In this document: positions 38,300 through 52,299 of the stretch, in pieces
Position numbering within the stretch: the first letter of the stretch is position 1
How the letters are laid out: each line of letters starts with the position of its first letter
DNA from: Raillietiella orientalis
Taxonomy: Eukaryota
Length of the DNA stretch: 64,000 nt
NCBI GenBank assembly: GCA_036172245.1
Contig: JAYWIR010000056.1
Location: 248,001 to 312,000, forward strand
Direction: 5' to 3'
Translations under genes and position numbers: made by a program
Notes under the pieces: model-generated
Told to the model about the DNA's origin: nothing
What the model saw: only the letters and a program-made list of their open reading frames with translations
Databases searched by the model: none

Positions 38300-41200
38300 G
38301 ACTGGAGAAGAGAGGGGACCTGAAGGTGCATTCCCGGTGCCCTTCGTAGTCGGGAAGAGCGAAAGAGGGGAACATCGAAAGGAACTTCCAGGGGAAGAGT
38401 GCTCAGCCCCACATCGGTCCAGCCGTCTCTCGAGGAGCGCCGCCTCCATCTGGAGCCAAGGTCGTCGGATCGAGACTGGAAAGAGGTCCGACTCCTTCCC
38501 TGTGTGACTGCACCTCCGCGTACTGACCAGGGCCTCCTTCTGTTCCTCATCACTCCCACCCCCAAGTGCATCCAGCAGGGGCTCTGCCGCAGGAGGTGGG
38601 CGAACCGGAGACTCAGCATGCTCATGACCAGGGGTCCACCTCCCACCCATCCCCCCTCCGCTGCCACCGCGATACGTTTGTCCTCCTTTGTCTTGGAGGA
38701 GAGAGGTGATCCTTTCCGGAGAGAAGGAGGTGCAGAGCGCGAGGGAGTGGACGACCTGGAAGATGCTGAGGTTCAGCGAGGATTTCGTCTTCCTCTCAGT
38801 AGAGAAAACCCGCTAGGATCTCCGTCCTCCCAGACGAATTCGTGGACTGGTTGTAGGGTGGGGTGCCGAGCTCGATACTCAGGCGACGATAGCGAGAAAA
38901 TCTTTCCCCCATCCCCATCCCCTTCCTAGAGCAGTCCTCTGGTGAGACAGCTGTCCCGACCGCTGGCCCCTCGCTCTCCTCTGGCTACCGGTCCGGGCAT
39001 CCTCATCCTCAAAGCCCTTGTCACAAGTCTTTTGGTTCTTGCGAGGTCGAGGACCTGAGATCCTTAAGGTCTGATGGACAGAAATGACGCGCACTGACCA
39101 GTTGACTGCTGGCACTTGTCACTCCGCGCCATCTGCTGGTCGCGAAGCATCCTGACGATTCCTTGCCCCAAGCGAGCAGCGTCATCTCTCTGCTGCCTTG
39201 CTAAGCACCCCAGCTGCTGACCGGAGGAAAGGAGCAGCAGGACCGCTCCCTCACGCTGTGCGGCATCTCGCAAGCGGACGGGCCCTCCCAGTGGGTTCCG
39301 AATGGATGCGCCGAAGAGCGTGCGCCCACCTGGAGCTCGCCACCGCTCTTGGAACAGCTTCCTACGCGCCTTGTCGAGAACAGAGGGGGCGCAGCAACGC
39401 GGCAGATGCTGCGCTCCTTCTGCACTGAAACACCGGCTCGCTCACCCGAGCGCTCGCATTCCGACCTTGAGGCGACCTCGGAGACTTGCGCGAATGGCGC
39501 TGAGACACAGAGGTCGTAGGAGCTCCTCCGTCACGCGGACTCACCGTCACGTACGGCGCGCGCGAGTTCACCAGCTAGTCCATCTTGTTTCCCGCCACCC
39601 CGTCAGCGCGTGAGCGTGATCTGACCTGAACCTATCGGTTGCTGCTTTGCTCCGGGGAATCGGAGGGATCGGTGAACCGTCTCCTTCGGGTCTTCCTCAC
39701 CCGAGTTCCCCTTCACACCCTCGGACTCTCCTCCACGCATTTAGGACAGGTTCCTGTGCCTGAAGGGGGTCTCGAGGTTTTCCCGGAGACTTTTCCTCTT
39801 TCTACGGTGCCTCGGGCGATCCACATGCCAAGGTTCCCAGCATAGACGTCCTGCCCCACGAACGCGCGAACCATCCGTTCACTGGTGCCGGTCTTTAGCG
39901 AAGCCGATCATCTCGGGTGACGACCTCCTTTGGCATCAGCCTTCTTCGGAGAAGCCGAGTATTTGGCGTCCTGGATGATTCGAACGCCCGGTGGGTGTTT
40001 CAGTGCCTCCCTCCTGCTCCCCCCCCCCATGGACTGACGAGATACGACCTATCGTTCCTCTTCCCTCTTTTTCTCCGCTCGCCTGCCGCTCTCCCTGATC
40101 CCGTAGCGAGTCACGTCCCCATGCCGGGAACCCCGCAGCGCCTTGATTGCCAATGGGTGACTCCCCGTGACCTCAGAACGAGGAGGGATATTTGGGAGCG
40201 CATGAGGATCCTCCTTCAAGCTCTCGGCCACGCTCTGTCACCATCAGTCGCCAGACAACTCCACTCCGCTGTCGTGCCTCTTCCTCCTGAGGATCTCGCA
40301 AATGCGTTGGTCCCCCCGAGAGTGAGCACATTCCGGGGAGGTGTTCTCGAGATATCCGTTAGGGAAGAAGCACCAGGGCACGCGGGGAGGTGCTCGCCCA
40401 CAGGTGCGGAACACTCTTGGCTCCCGGATTCATGGGGACTCAGGCGAGTCCACCGCGGACGGGAAGAGGTGGACTCTCCCAAGTTCGCACGCGCTCCGGG
40501 GAGAGGGCAAGGGATGGAAGAAGGTTGTGTGGGTAGAGAATAGGATGCGCGCGATCGGCTCGGGATTCTCTTCATTAGGACAACCGAAGGTGAAGGAGGA
40601 GGCAAGGACGGGAAGAAAAGTACACTTTGGGCCTGGACGGCTGCAGCGGACCATGACCAAGGACGGACCCCCCATCCCACCCAGCTGTTTACGTTTTGCA
40701 CGCAGGGCGATGGTGGGTCCATGATCGTCTCCCGACCTGCATCCTTCCCACACACCAGACCTGGAAGGACAAAAGACAGGATTAGAAGGGCGTTGGACCC
40801 CATGCCGGGGGCGGACGGCCGAACGCCGTCGCCAACCCTTGCGCAAGTGATCGTAGGAGCAGCTGACGACTCTGTGGAGGTTCTTCCTTCCCTTGCCTCG
40901 TCCTCAGCGCGGGAAGCCCTCCGCGTGAGGATGTACTCTCCGAAGAAATGCCGGGACTCCCCACGAGGAAGTGTCCTGAACGCGCAGCGCGCCTGGATGG
41001 AAGGGTGGTTCTCGGGTCGCCCTCCGACGCACCCGTCGGAGAGCGGCCCAGGAACCCTATCTCTCCCTCTCCTCCCTAGGTCCAACCGAACCTGGAGGCC
41101 ATCCTGGGAGCGGAAAGGTGACGCTCACTCCTGAGAGACCCCTCGGAGAGACCGCACCGCCCCACCTGACCCCTGCACCCTCCCACGGACTGCCCGGCGA

Positions 41201-44200
41201 ACTGTAGAACGCGAGGAGAAAAAAAAAAAGTGAAGAAGGGATGGAGACGAAGATTTTTCATTTCTCTAGGAGGGAAAAAGCGGCGAGCGAGAGGGAAATA
41301 GGGAGGGACGTGTACGTTTGCTCCTACCCCCGGGCGACCCTCTCCTACCTCCGCTCATGATCTGCAGGCGCATGTCCCCGTGGATGGGCTGGTCCGGGGA
41401 CTCCTGGCAGAACTTGCAGGGGCTTCTGGTCCTGCCGGAGGAGGAGGAGTCCTCGGGAGGTGACACGCGGATCTCAGTGGGAGGCACGACCTCGTTTCCC
41501 TCCATCCCGACCGGACAGCGAGCGACGCGACCGTGACGACAGGACTCCGCCGTGTTCGCCCGCGGAGACGCGAGTGGTCCGGACGCCGTTCTGGCGGCGG
41601 TCTCCCGGGGTACCGGAGGCGGCGGCGGCGCGCCGAAACCTGCCGACGCCGTCCGGGAGACGCGGCGGCTCCCTTCATTTCTCCAGGAGAGCGCCACAGC
41701 CGCCCGCGAGCCCCCCTTGGAGATTACGTCTCTCCAGCTGCGAATGCTGCTCGAAAGATCCCAAGCTCCCTCTCTCACTCGCACAGGTGTGGGAGGACGT
41801 CTCCCTCCTTTTACCTCGATTGGCGTCCGTCTCCGGATACCTTAAGGTGTACAGAGGCCCTATCTCCTTCTTCCCTTCTCCCCTCTACAGGGACCCTAGC
41901 GCGGGAGGAAGGCAGGAGGAGGATCTTGGGTAGAGGAGAAAGGCAGGAGGTAACCCCTCTCTCGCCTTCCCGAAGTCGAAGCCCTCCGAAGGGCAGCACT
42001 CTGACCTCTCCGGGGACAAGGCTGGAGCCTTATTCTGCGTTCCAGCACCACCGGAGGAACTGACCGACCGGAGAACACCGGTAAGGAGGCGAGCAGGATG
42101 GGCAGTAGGCCGGGAAAGGGGAAGGCAGGAACCACGGCATTGGACGACAGCTGCTGCATACGGAAGATGCTGGCTATGCCCGCGGAAGCGCTGGAACTGG
42201 ACACAGAGGCGACGTCCGTCTCGGCGACGTGAGGAGGGGACATGCCAGTCCCGGCCGGATTTCTAATGGAGAAGGAGTGAATGGGGCGAAGTCCTACTGG
42301 TGGACAGCTGCGATAGCGAGGATCACTCGGGGGTGCCTCCTCGGGTCACATTGCCTCGGGTGATCCGCATCCCTCTGAGCAAGGCACCCGGAGGGGGGTC
42401 CCCGATGGCGCTGTTCTTCCAGGGAACCCACCATCCGTCGTCGTAGGGACGGCGATTCTCGGAGTCCATCATGTCGAGTTCCAGAGCCCCGAGCATTTCG
42501 ATGCCCCGCCTTCTTCCTTCCTTCTCTCATGTCTCATCCTCATGAGCCGACGCCATTCAAAGGCATCAGTTTATGAAGAAGCGGAGAGGACAAGTCGAAC
42601 AGGTAGAAAGGCGTCGTCTGAGATCGCTCCGAGGGAGGCGCGCCCACCTGCTGCCGGGAGACCAAGTTCGGTAGGCACTCGAGTGTAAGGAGGGTAAGTA
42701 AGAGAGTAAGGGGAGTAAGAAGGTGCCACCTGGGAGACGCCTGGCGTACAGCCAGAGGAAAGTCGGCAGATCCGATATTTCCCTCCTCCCTCCCTCCTTT
42801 GAAGGCGCCATCCAGGGAAAATGTCCTGATCGCCCTCTCCAGGAACGACCGCGCAGCGACGGGTGGCTTCCCTTCCTCGGCTATGCGGGGGGACTGCTGT
42901 CACCTGAAAAACCTTCTGCGCCAACTTCCCAATCGAACTCCTGGGCCGCACAAGCTGCTTTCTCGGTCCCACCTCATCCTTCGGCGGGAGGACTTTCGCC
43001 CTAGGCTCTTCCTCACATGACCTGAGGAATGCCTTCCATAGGGAGGAAAGGACTAGCGTCTGCAACAGTTGCGGATCGGCGGACCAGGAATCGGGGTCCT
43101 TGATCTACTGAGAGGACCGGGAAGAGGGAAAGGGATGGCTCCTCTTGGCGACATGCCGGGAACATCCGGCTCGATCAGAGGCTGGTGAGTGGGAGAGCTT
43201 CGCAGGGTCGGTGTAGCGCTCCCAGCCCTATGGGATCTCTGGAAACGCGCAGGTGCTCGGGAGAAATTCGCAGCGCCGCGATTCCTCAGTGCCAAGAGGG
43301 CTCTCCCCCGTGAGGTCTGCCTGGCTCCCGTGGCTCGCGAACAGCTGCAGGTCCTACGTGGTGAGTGGCCGGGAAGATGTCTCGACCGACGGGGCATTCC
43401 CGGAGCTGGCACGGGAAGTCACCAACAAGGTCGAGCCGTTTCCTCCCCTTGGTAGGGCCATAGGCGCTCTGTCTCGTCTCGGAAAAATGGGTCCGCAAAG
43501 GGAGGCGTCGTCGAGTGGAGAGAGGAGGGGAATCCTTCGGAGGGCGGGAAGAGGTAACTGGGGATTTCGAAGGTTCCAAGAGGACAGAGATGGCTCACTG
43601 GGAAGCGGATTCCCTGCGGCGTTTAGGGGTAAAGTCACGGATCCCACCTCGTGTGGTACGAGGATAAAGAAAGGATTCGGGCTGGAATGGCGTGGCGAAG
43701 TCCGAGGAAAGCTGGACCGATGGGGCATAGCCCCAGGAGAAGCGAGCTGTGCTCTCGTCAGAGGCTCCGGACTGAGCACGAGCGTCAGAGGCGTCGAGGA
43801 GTCGCTCCCCACCGTCGCCGCCCGCCTCATCTAACGGCGATGCTAAGAGTTATCCTGCCATCCCGAAAGGGTGGTCTTCCTCCCAATGGATCTCACCGGA
43901 AGATGTGGCATTCGAGTGCTGGTTTCCTCAGGAATCTCTCCCTTCCAAACACCGCACTCACATCCACAATATAGAGTGGTCATCAGGTACTCCCCCTTGT
44001 TGCCGCTGCTTTCTTGCCCATGAATCTTGAACGCACAATGCACGCGCCAAGTTCTTTCAGCCGTGTCTGAAGATTGTATACTGAGCACACGTACACCCAA
44101 GAACGGTACACAGCGGAGCGCACTTTGGAAGACACCGTCTTCTGCGACGCTTTGACCTCAGCATCCCGCGGAATCCCAGGGATCTGTGCGCTTCTGCCCC

Positions 44201-44300
44201 CTTGCTCCATTGTGGGAAGGTGAGCAAAAAACCACGATGATCTCCCTAACCAAGCGCTAGATGGCACGGCGTTCGAGGAGCGCCTTTCGAGAGGGTCGTT
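38300..44300 (-). mobile_element. Degraded GC-rich LINE (ORF1-EN-RT)
   Basis: RMPHLPV (~43890-43910, ORF1-like), KLMPLNGVG (~42545-42573), SAPGMG (~40797-40815), LTLGGTNAFAR (~40295-40328), VTRYGIRESG (~40085-40115), DVYAGNLGM (~39825-39850). Confidence 0.45.
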
Positions 44301-44869
44301 CTTCGAGCGATCAGAGCGGAGGGGACAGCTGCGCGCGCCTTTTAAAGTTTTCTAAACCAGAAGCGTAGAATCCTACGTGTCTTTATTGCAGTACCTGAAT
44401 CCTTCATTTCGGAACTGTGCGGACTTTGATCTCAGCAGCGCTCTGGCTTCATCGAGGGTAAGCTGCTTTGGGCGGAAAAGCTTTTGGTGGAGACATTCGA
44501 CTGTCGGTCGAAAAAGAGAGCGCCTGCTCTCCTTTGCTAAACATCGATGGAGGGTTTTTTTTTTTTTTTTTGTTTTGAGGGGGGGCGAGGGGGGAGGGAT
44601 ATAGAAAAAGAGAGAATTTCACAACAGAAGAATCGAAGACGAAAAAAAGACAAAAACATGAGGAGGGAAACTCCCTGAGAAAGCAATGACACACAAACAC
44701 ACGAAACACGGATCTGCTTTTCCCCGTGATGCTGTCACTGAGGAACAGGGAAGTCCCGGGCTAAAATTTTCACTCATCGACTACAGCCCCCAGAACTCGG
44801 AAGTTTCCCCAAAGCGGTCCTGCCACAATTGCAGAGACAAGAACTCAGAGTCCGGCCAGTTAAGTGAAA

Positions 44870-45640
44870 CTCTGGCTAAAGTTCACCTCCAGCATGATCT
44901 CAAAAGCATCCTCGTGGACGAAGGTGCGTCTTGGGTTTCGAGTACCCCTGCTGCAGGATCACGTCTGTTGGTCCATTTTCTGGTGCGGCAATGGAGGAAT
45001 CCGGAAACTGGATGCTCACCGTTGACTGACCTAGATTGGAAGTTGACCCTCCGAGGTCCTTCCAGGAATCAAGGAGCGTCCCTTTCGGTTGTGAAAATGA
45101 AGCCATCCTCCCCCTCTCCCTCAGGAGCTCCGTTGCGTACATGGAGGTGGTGAAAGTGTGGTGGAGAAGCGCGCCGTTTTCTTCAGGGAACCACCCTTCA
45201 GAGAAAACTTGGAAATGTCCCTTCGGGTTTCTCTTCAGAGGAAGAAACAAAAAGGAGCTGTTCCCATGATTACAGCAGATCCGTTGTGCCGTAAAGAATG
45301 AGAAGGAATCTTTCGAAGATTAAATGAGGAGAGGCCTTCTCGGTGGAGTCCCTCAGGAGAGAGCAAGGAAGAGATTCCCTTCGGAGACAACGAGGGTAGA
45401 GGGTTCCCTCCCAAAGCGTAAGAGGAACGGGCTCCTTCCTCCGGAGCCTTCTTGGATTCATAAGGGGTGGTCCCTTTGGATTTACTCCCCATGACTTGAA
45501 GAGTCACACGCGCCCTCGGGTGGCGTGGGCAGCGTTAAAGGGCTTCGTGAGTCCTCCCGAAGGAGGCGAACGGTTCCTCAGCAGTCCTTGAGAACCAAAA
45601 ACCAGAAGAGCTGGAAGGAAAGCAGAGAAAACACAGGAGC
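44870..45640 (+). mobile_element. SINE-like family A copy 2
   Basis: Shared blocks tgggtttcgagt, ggaatccggaaactggatg..ccgttgac, ttgtgaaaatg, ctcttcagagga, ctggaaggaaagcag. Confidence 0.65.
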
Positions 45641-45799
45641 TCAAAAGGATGTCCATCTTGTTGCCATTGAAGAAAAAAAAAAAAAACACATCGAAGAGGG
45701 ACTTGCGAAAACAAGCAGGGAGTAAGACGCAGAATCTGCACCTGAGATTTCACCTATCTTCCGCATCGCGTGTGTCCTCAAACAGACACCTCGAGTCCA

Positions 45800-48700
45800 T
45801 CAGCAGTGCCTCTCGCAGCCCTCTCATTATGGCATGAATCAATCATGCTTTTCTCACCGTGCCAATCAGTATATGGTTGTACTCGTTGCAGTACACTTGC
45901 TCGTCCTGCAACGTGTGCGGGAGCGCGTTTCTCTTTCAGCGGACCATAGCCGCGTGCACCTCCGTGGGCCAACTGTACGTCGGTGAGTCTTCAGCGAGAA
46001 AACGATTGCCACGTGCTAAGGGCAGCAGCTTCACTTGCTGGTGCCTCTAACGAAGAAGGCGTGCCTGTGACCTGAGCCGAGGACGTCCCCCGAAGATGAA
46101 AGAGCCTGGAGCTAAAACTCATTCCGGAAACGTGGCACATCCAGAAAATGATGAAGTAGGGATGCCTTCCGTTATCATCCCTGCTTTCCCGTTCTTGTGT
46201 GGCGTGTGCCCACTCGAAACTGGAATCCCACGGAGCCTCCACGAGCATTTGGAAAGCGATCGGAAACTTGTAGGCGGGCAACTCGAAAGTTCTTCAGCAG
46301 CAGACGGCGGAGCCCTCAGTCCGGGTGTGGCCCCAACTCCCCAAAAGCCCGAAGGACCATAAAAAAGGAATGTGTGGGTTTATTATGTACGTTCGCAAAC
46401 AGATTAACAAATATAGATTAATATACATATCATATAGAGATTGCAAGAAAGAAATGTGCATGCTCATTATGTATATTAATTTATGCATTTATATAGAGAT
46501 TAATATACAAATTTATTTTAATATGCGTATTTACCTAAATCTATTAACGTACATATTATAAATATACTTAATAAAATGAATTGATATATCTTTGAAAGAT
46601 TATTAAAAATATGTTTATTATATATATTTATATATAATACATACCTATTGAATGAATATATAAATATCAGATTATAAACATATATTTATCAAAAGATCAA
46701 AATTCCTAATGACCAAAAATCCAGAAAATTGAATTCATCATTTACTAAGAAAGTTCCATTTATTGACTATTATTAAAAATAATAGGAAAATGAAATACAA
46801 AGATTTCCCTTTTGTTTCCTTACATTGCCTTTTTTATTTTTTTCCCCACTGTTCTTCTTGACTGCCACCATTATTTTTTTTTTTATAGTTCGCTACTCGT
46901 ACGTTCATTGGCGCATATTTATTGTAGAGATAATATATATGGTAAACATCTATATTTTTTGTAATCTTTAGCGTGTATTCTAAAAATATATGTGAATTAG
47001 AATTTTATTAATACTGATTCGTACCTATTTGTTAAATTCATTAATATTTAGTAATTAATAATATGTGCATTTAGGTATTTAGATTTGCATATCTGTATAT
47101 AAATACGCACATATTTTATTAATATAATTAATAAAATGTGCGTTATCAAATATTAACAACTGTGTTCAAGCGATATTGGTAGTAATAATCTGCTCATTAC
47201 CAAGTCTTAACAAATGTGAATGCTAAAGTAGATTTGTGTATCTGTACATAAATATATCTATAAATATGCATAATAAGCACACGTACTCGTTTTTGCAACC
47301 TTTGTAGCGTACGTTACTATATACATTAACCCATACGATGGGCATGTATGTTTTTCCTTTTCCTGATCTCTCGGGATTCCGATGGTTCGTGGCTTTGATC
47401 GGCACCGCCTCGGTTGTCTTGACAGCGCAACTTCTCAGATGAATCCAATCCTCAGCTGAGAACGTCGGTTTCTCCGCAACTGCCCTCTCATGCAGCTTGG
47501 GATGCAGGGAGAAGCCCCACAGATGTAAACTGCAGCGATGCGTGAGAGGGAGCGCTCACGCAAGTGGACTTCTTCCCTTGTGCACGTCCCATGGACCTCT
47601 TTTAGAGAAAGTGCACGCACACGCAAGAAGGCGCACGTTTTCCCTCCAAAGTGCGCACCGCCAACTAGCGGTAGGGCTCCGAACCGCGCCGAGAGTGGGT
47701 CGGGAAGGCCAGATTGCGGCAGCCCAGCTGCAGATAGGGAAGCCCCGCCGCGGAGCTGAAAACAACCCCCCTTGGCAAATCGTCAACACGAAAGCTCAGG
47801 AAACCCACTCCAGGCTTGGTTGGGTTCCGCATGGGAAGATCCCTGGACCCTCGTCTTGCTTGTCCTGTTTAGGGCGTGCCATCCGCAGGAATCTGCGACC
47901 CCTCGGCACGTGTTGGAGCAAGGGGCTTGTCACGAGCCTCATCCAGAATTGAACGGGAAAGCAAGCGGGACAAGACCGAAGGAGCGGAAGCCCAGAGCTA
48001 CAGGTTAGGGGAAGGAGCCACCAGTCCGTGACTACGTGTCCACACAGAAGATGGTAAGCCCGGAAGTGAGGGACCAAAGAAACTGCTACCCCGCACGCAA
48101 AAATTCTGATCGCAGCTCGCGTTCTCAGCACCTCGCGGTTCTCAGGAGATCGCCCATCTAATTGTCATCCAAGTGCAAACTCCGGGTAGCTCATCTGCTC
48201 AGGCGAGAGCAGGAATGCAGCTTCACCTCGCAGTAGCAGGATGAACCGCTCCTCGGCAGTTCCGTCTGCCCTACTGAGGGGTGAATCTTTAGTGATGAGA
48301 CTCTGAGTCTATCGAGCACACAAACGAGACTCGCTCGGGACTTCGCAGCAAAGGCGGATGCCATCACAGAGCTCCTTGATGAGAAGCAAGTTAGACTGGG
48401 ATAATCTGGAGTGAGGGTGCGGTCCGCAGCAATCGCTTTCCTACCAATGCTAAGAGAATTCTCAAAGGCGAACTGTACCTTCTGTCAAGACACGAAGAAA
48501 CCCTAAAACTCGACAAAATGCTCTTCTCCGGCAGTCAGCGTAGTACGCACGTGATTTCCGCGTCCTCTTACACAGGGAGATGAGGTTCCTCTGTTGAACC
48601 GTTCACACAAAACGCACGGATCAGATGAGCCTGCCTTCTCCCGTTGCTGCTTTCCTCCTCCCTCGAAACGGTCGCTACTGTTCTCGTCATCCTCGCAGCA

Positions 48701-50740
48701 AGCATTTCGCCACGGACGCAGGGTCCTCCGCAACTGATTTCACAGACTCCAAAACACGCAGGCGGGGATTCTCTTCCTTCGCCAGCATCTCCCTGGAAAT
48801 TGTGGTCCGTGAAGAGAGAACGCGAAATGTCCCGCCCAAATCTTCATTTGACTTTGCGTCTTTGGTGCAAGCCATCTTCCGCCCCCATCACCACACACGC
48901 CGGATCGGTATGCAGATCGGTATGCCCATTCGTAACGGACCACCTTGGAATGCGAGCGCCGCGCACCGGAAACCGATTGATTGTCCGCCTGCGGACCCCT
49001 GCGTCGCACCACGGAAGGCCGCTTCAGCCTGAAGGACCTCCGCTGGCGAGCGGTGGGGAAGCCGACTCCGCCCATCGCAGGGAACGCGACAGGGACCGCT
49101 CCGCTCTGGCCTGCCTCCGGTCGCGGGCCAGGACGCGTTCCGGACGACTGGCTGGTCACTCAAGGTTCGATCTCAGGCTGATACCAAGTGGCGCTTCCCC
49201 TTTCTTGGAAAAGTGACCTGGAGGGAAGGTTTCCTCCCGTCCGACCGTGGGAAAACTCCTAGCCAGCTAAGATGACCAATCCTTCCAAGGGAATGGGTGC
49301 CTCCTAGAACTGGGAACAGTCCTCGCTCAACCTTTCATCTTTCACCTCGTGCTGAGATGGCACCGACAAACTTTCCCTTAGCAGCAGTGCTCCTTTGGTC
49401 GGGTGTTGACAACATGCGGAGGTTAGTGTCGACTGCGGCTCCACGAGTTTCTTCCAGAAAAACACGTTCCTGCTCTCCCTTCTTCGCCGCCGCCATGGCT
49501 TCAGGTAGGTCTCTGAAGCGTTCTTTCATGGTTTCGGCGTCAAACCAAAGGTGTTCTTGTCGGTTTCTGTCGTCTCGATGGATCCTCGTCATCTTCAGTC
49601 GAGAGCAGCACCTCCCTGTCTCTCTAGATCGAGGTCCTCTCCACTTCGTCCGCTCTGGAGGCCTCCCATCTTCTGAGTGTTCACGGAAGGAAACCCTTCT
49701 CACTTCTGTACTGGTGAATCATCTGTTCCCGTCGAGAGCACGCGCTCCAAGGTCAAAAGGTCTCAAATGCATCATCTGTGCTTTGGGGAATTTCGTCAGC
49801 GATTTCTCGGGACAAGCTGATCCTCAGCTACTTATGCAAGAGCAATGGGGCTTTGTAGACTCTGGACCATGGCCGCATTCGGATGCTGATAGGCAGCGAG
49901 ACAAATCCCTTAGCACCGTTCTTGGAACGAGTGCTCGGCAAGCAGAAAGAGAAGCGCGAGGCAATTGAAGGGAATCCTCGTATAGACGGGAACCAGCATC
50001 CTCCGAGCAGCACCCACAAGCCACCCGCCGCGCATCTCGACGCAGCATTCCATCAGGACTCCGAAATGTCAAGTTTGCCTCTCGAAAGAGAGGATAGACA
50101 TGAATTCCTCCCCAGCACGAGCCCTCGACCTTCGTTCTCACCAAAGGGACCTTGTTCCCCGCCTCGGAGCCGCTTTCCTTTGCACCAGAGCCTAGGGGCA
50201 CAGAAGGCGGTTCACAGATGGCGCTGGCCGCACGGAGAAAGCGAAAGTGAACCGACTCCTGCCCCTCGGAAAGAGAAAGCATTCGGGCAGTTCGCTGCTT
50301 CTTTGAAATCCGGTCGCGGACAAGAGACTTTACTTTTTTCCTCCGCTGTCGCAAACGTCCGCTCGCTCGTCTCTTCACCGTAAAGAGGGGACCGACACAA
50401 TCGCTCTACTGATTCCTCCTACCACACGTGTCTCACGGACGGGCGACAGGAATCAGTGGGCTCGGTTGAGCGACGAAGGTGCAGACACCGGGAGTACATT
50501 CGTCGGTGCACTTCCCCGCGCATCCAAGAGGCCAGCCCGGGACGTGCCTGGATCGGAACGCGGCGTCGGAAAGGGGGTCTCTCTCGATCCTGCACTGGAT
50601 GGCGCCTCCCTTCTCCGCTCACGCAGCTCTCCCAGCACCACCCTGGAGTGCCGCGCCGTTCCACGCCTTGTTTCACCCGTGCCCGCTTTTGCTCGGATCC
50701 ATCCATCCCCGTCGCATGGAGGCACCTTGGGTAGCTGCAT
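45800..50740 (-). mobile_element. Degraded LINE ORF2, apparently split by the foldback element at 46330-47400
   Basis: RGAAVDTNLR linker (ORF 49335-49703), EDLGGTFRVLSSRTTISREMLAK..RL (ORF 48687-48875, DLxNWRPISLLNTDYKILAK-like), ERFNR (~48600), LSRADG (~48260-48278). Evidence for the part below 46330 is weak. Confidence 0.55.
46330..47400. mobile_element. AT-rich foldback/MITE-like element with long imperfect TIRs
   Basis: Sharp AT island. Left ttgcaagaaagaaatgtgcatgctcattatgtatatt (46441-46477) versus reverse complement of the right arm ttgcaaaaacgagtacgtgtgcttattatgcatatt (~47263-47298). Confidence 0.6.
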
Positions 50741-50749
50741 GGGTTTGGT

Positions 50750-52245
50750 TCAACACCCCGAACACCGAAATCTCGAATGGTCATAAAAAAAATAAATATA
50801 TGCGCTTATTAGTATACAGCTTGATATGTACTATAAAGATTATCAAAGCGAGCGATTGTGCTTGCTGTGTACATTGCGCAACGGTCCATAGTCCATCGCT
50901 GTTTCACTTCCAGTCAACAGCTACAACAGCACAAATAAAAGGAGAGGGTTCTTCTCCATCTTGTACTCTCTTCCTTCCTGCTCATTAAATTCTGCGTTAC
51001 GAGGGATGCCGCAACAGGTCGCGCACTCGAAGGGACGGCCGCTCGTGACCACGCGACAAGGGTGCCATCCAGGACGCCGCCGAATTTTTGAGGAGGGCGT
51101 CGCGATGGCCTCACCTGGATCCGCGAATACAGGAAGAGCTTGCCGGCATCCTGAGAAGGATGCAACGGCCCCAGCAGCAACAGTGATCCCTTCCCGTGCC
51201 CTCCCACTCTTTTTTTTTCTTTTTGTTTAGTTTTTTTGTTTTTCCTCCTTCCCCCTGCTGCCGTGGTGGTCCGTACCGGTCTGCGAACCGGTGACCCGGC
51301 AGGCTCTGTGTTTCTTCGTGCGTGTGCACTGACGTCTTTGTAAAAGTTTATTTTTAAATAAACGCCCCGGCGATATCCGGGTGAAAATCGACGGGACGGC
51401 CTGTAGGCTGTTTTCGACCGCACGTCTTCATCTCCGTCCAAGAACTGCTCCTCTTCACGAGGTTGCCGCAGGTGTTGGGTGGGCATCATCCAATGGATGT
51501 CACAAGTGTCGCGGATGCATGAGGCAGCCATGAGCACCCTCATCTCATCGGCGTGCATTCTCGGGGCACTCGGTTCATTGCCTGGGTCCCAAGTTCCCAA
51601 AGGTCGAGTGATGGCTGCCGGAACCTTTGCATCGACGGCTTTCTCCGATTGCCGCCTGGCAACATGGAGGGATCACGAAGGCAAACGGACGAGCTACGTC
51701 CAGCACCGCCGTCCTGCTGTCCTTTGGCAACACCAGCTCTGGCTTCAGAGCTGGATCCAGGCTTGGGGAGCGCCGATCTGCAGGCTCCCGTTTCCACCTT
51801 GCTGCTTCTGCCGCTTGACCTCGGCCGTAGCCGCGGACCGCGCACAGGCGAGAGTGCCTCATGCAGGGATCCGTCGCATCTCGTCCCGTCGGCACGAGAG
51901 ACCAGCTTCCCCTCCCCAGGCAACTCCTTCATGTCAAATTTCTAATGTCAGTTTTTATCTTTCACCTCTGTTTTTATTTCCCTCTGTTTACTGCCGCCAT
52001 TAGGTTTTATTTTTCATAATTCGATGTTTATACGTTCATTGAATGTACATTTATTACACATATTAATATGTATGATAAACATACATGCATACATCATAAT
52101 CCTGAGTATATGTTAATAATGTATATCTTGATGGATATGTATATCACAATGAATTAGCATGTTAATCCACGTATAAAAATATATGTATCAGTATACATCT
52201 GTTTACTTTTCCTGATCTTAGAAGATTTCGGCGTTCGAGGCGTTA
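50750..52245. mobile_element. Second member of the same TIR family, with a different interior
   Basis: Left aacaccccgaacaccgaaatct versus right reverse complement aacgcctcgaacgccgaaatct. 51960-52080 matches 46830-46950 (actgccrccatta, tacgttcattg). Confidence 0.6.
51040..51400 (-). repeat. Family B repeat, inverted relative to 56520-56910 and 57030-57240
   Basis: cttgccggcatcct....aggatgca, cagtgat and ttatttttaaataaacgcc blocks are reverse complements of 56540-56820. Confidence 0.6.
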
Positions 52246-52299
52246 ATCAGCATGGGCAGCGTCCAGCTCTTTCGCAGTAGTCGTAGGCGGTCTGCTTGG

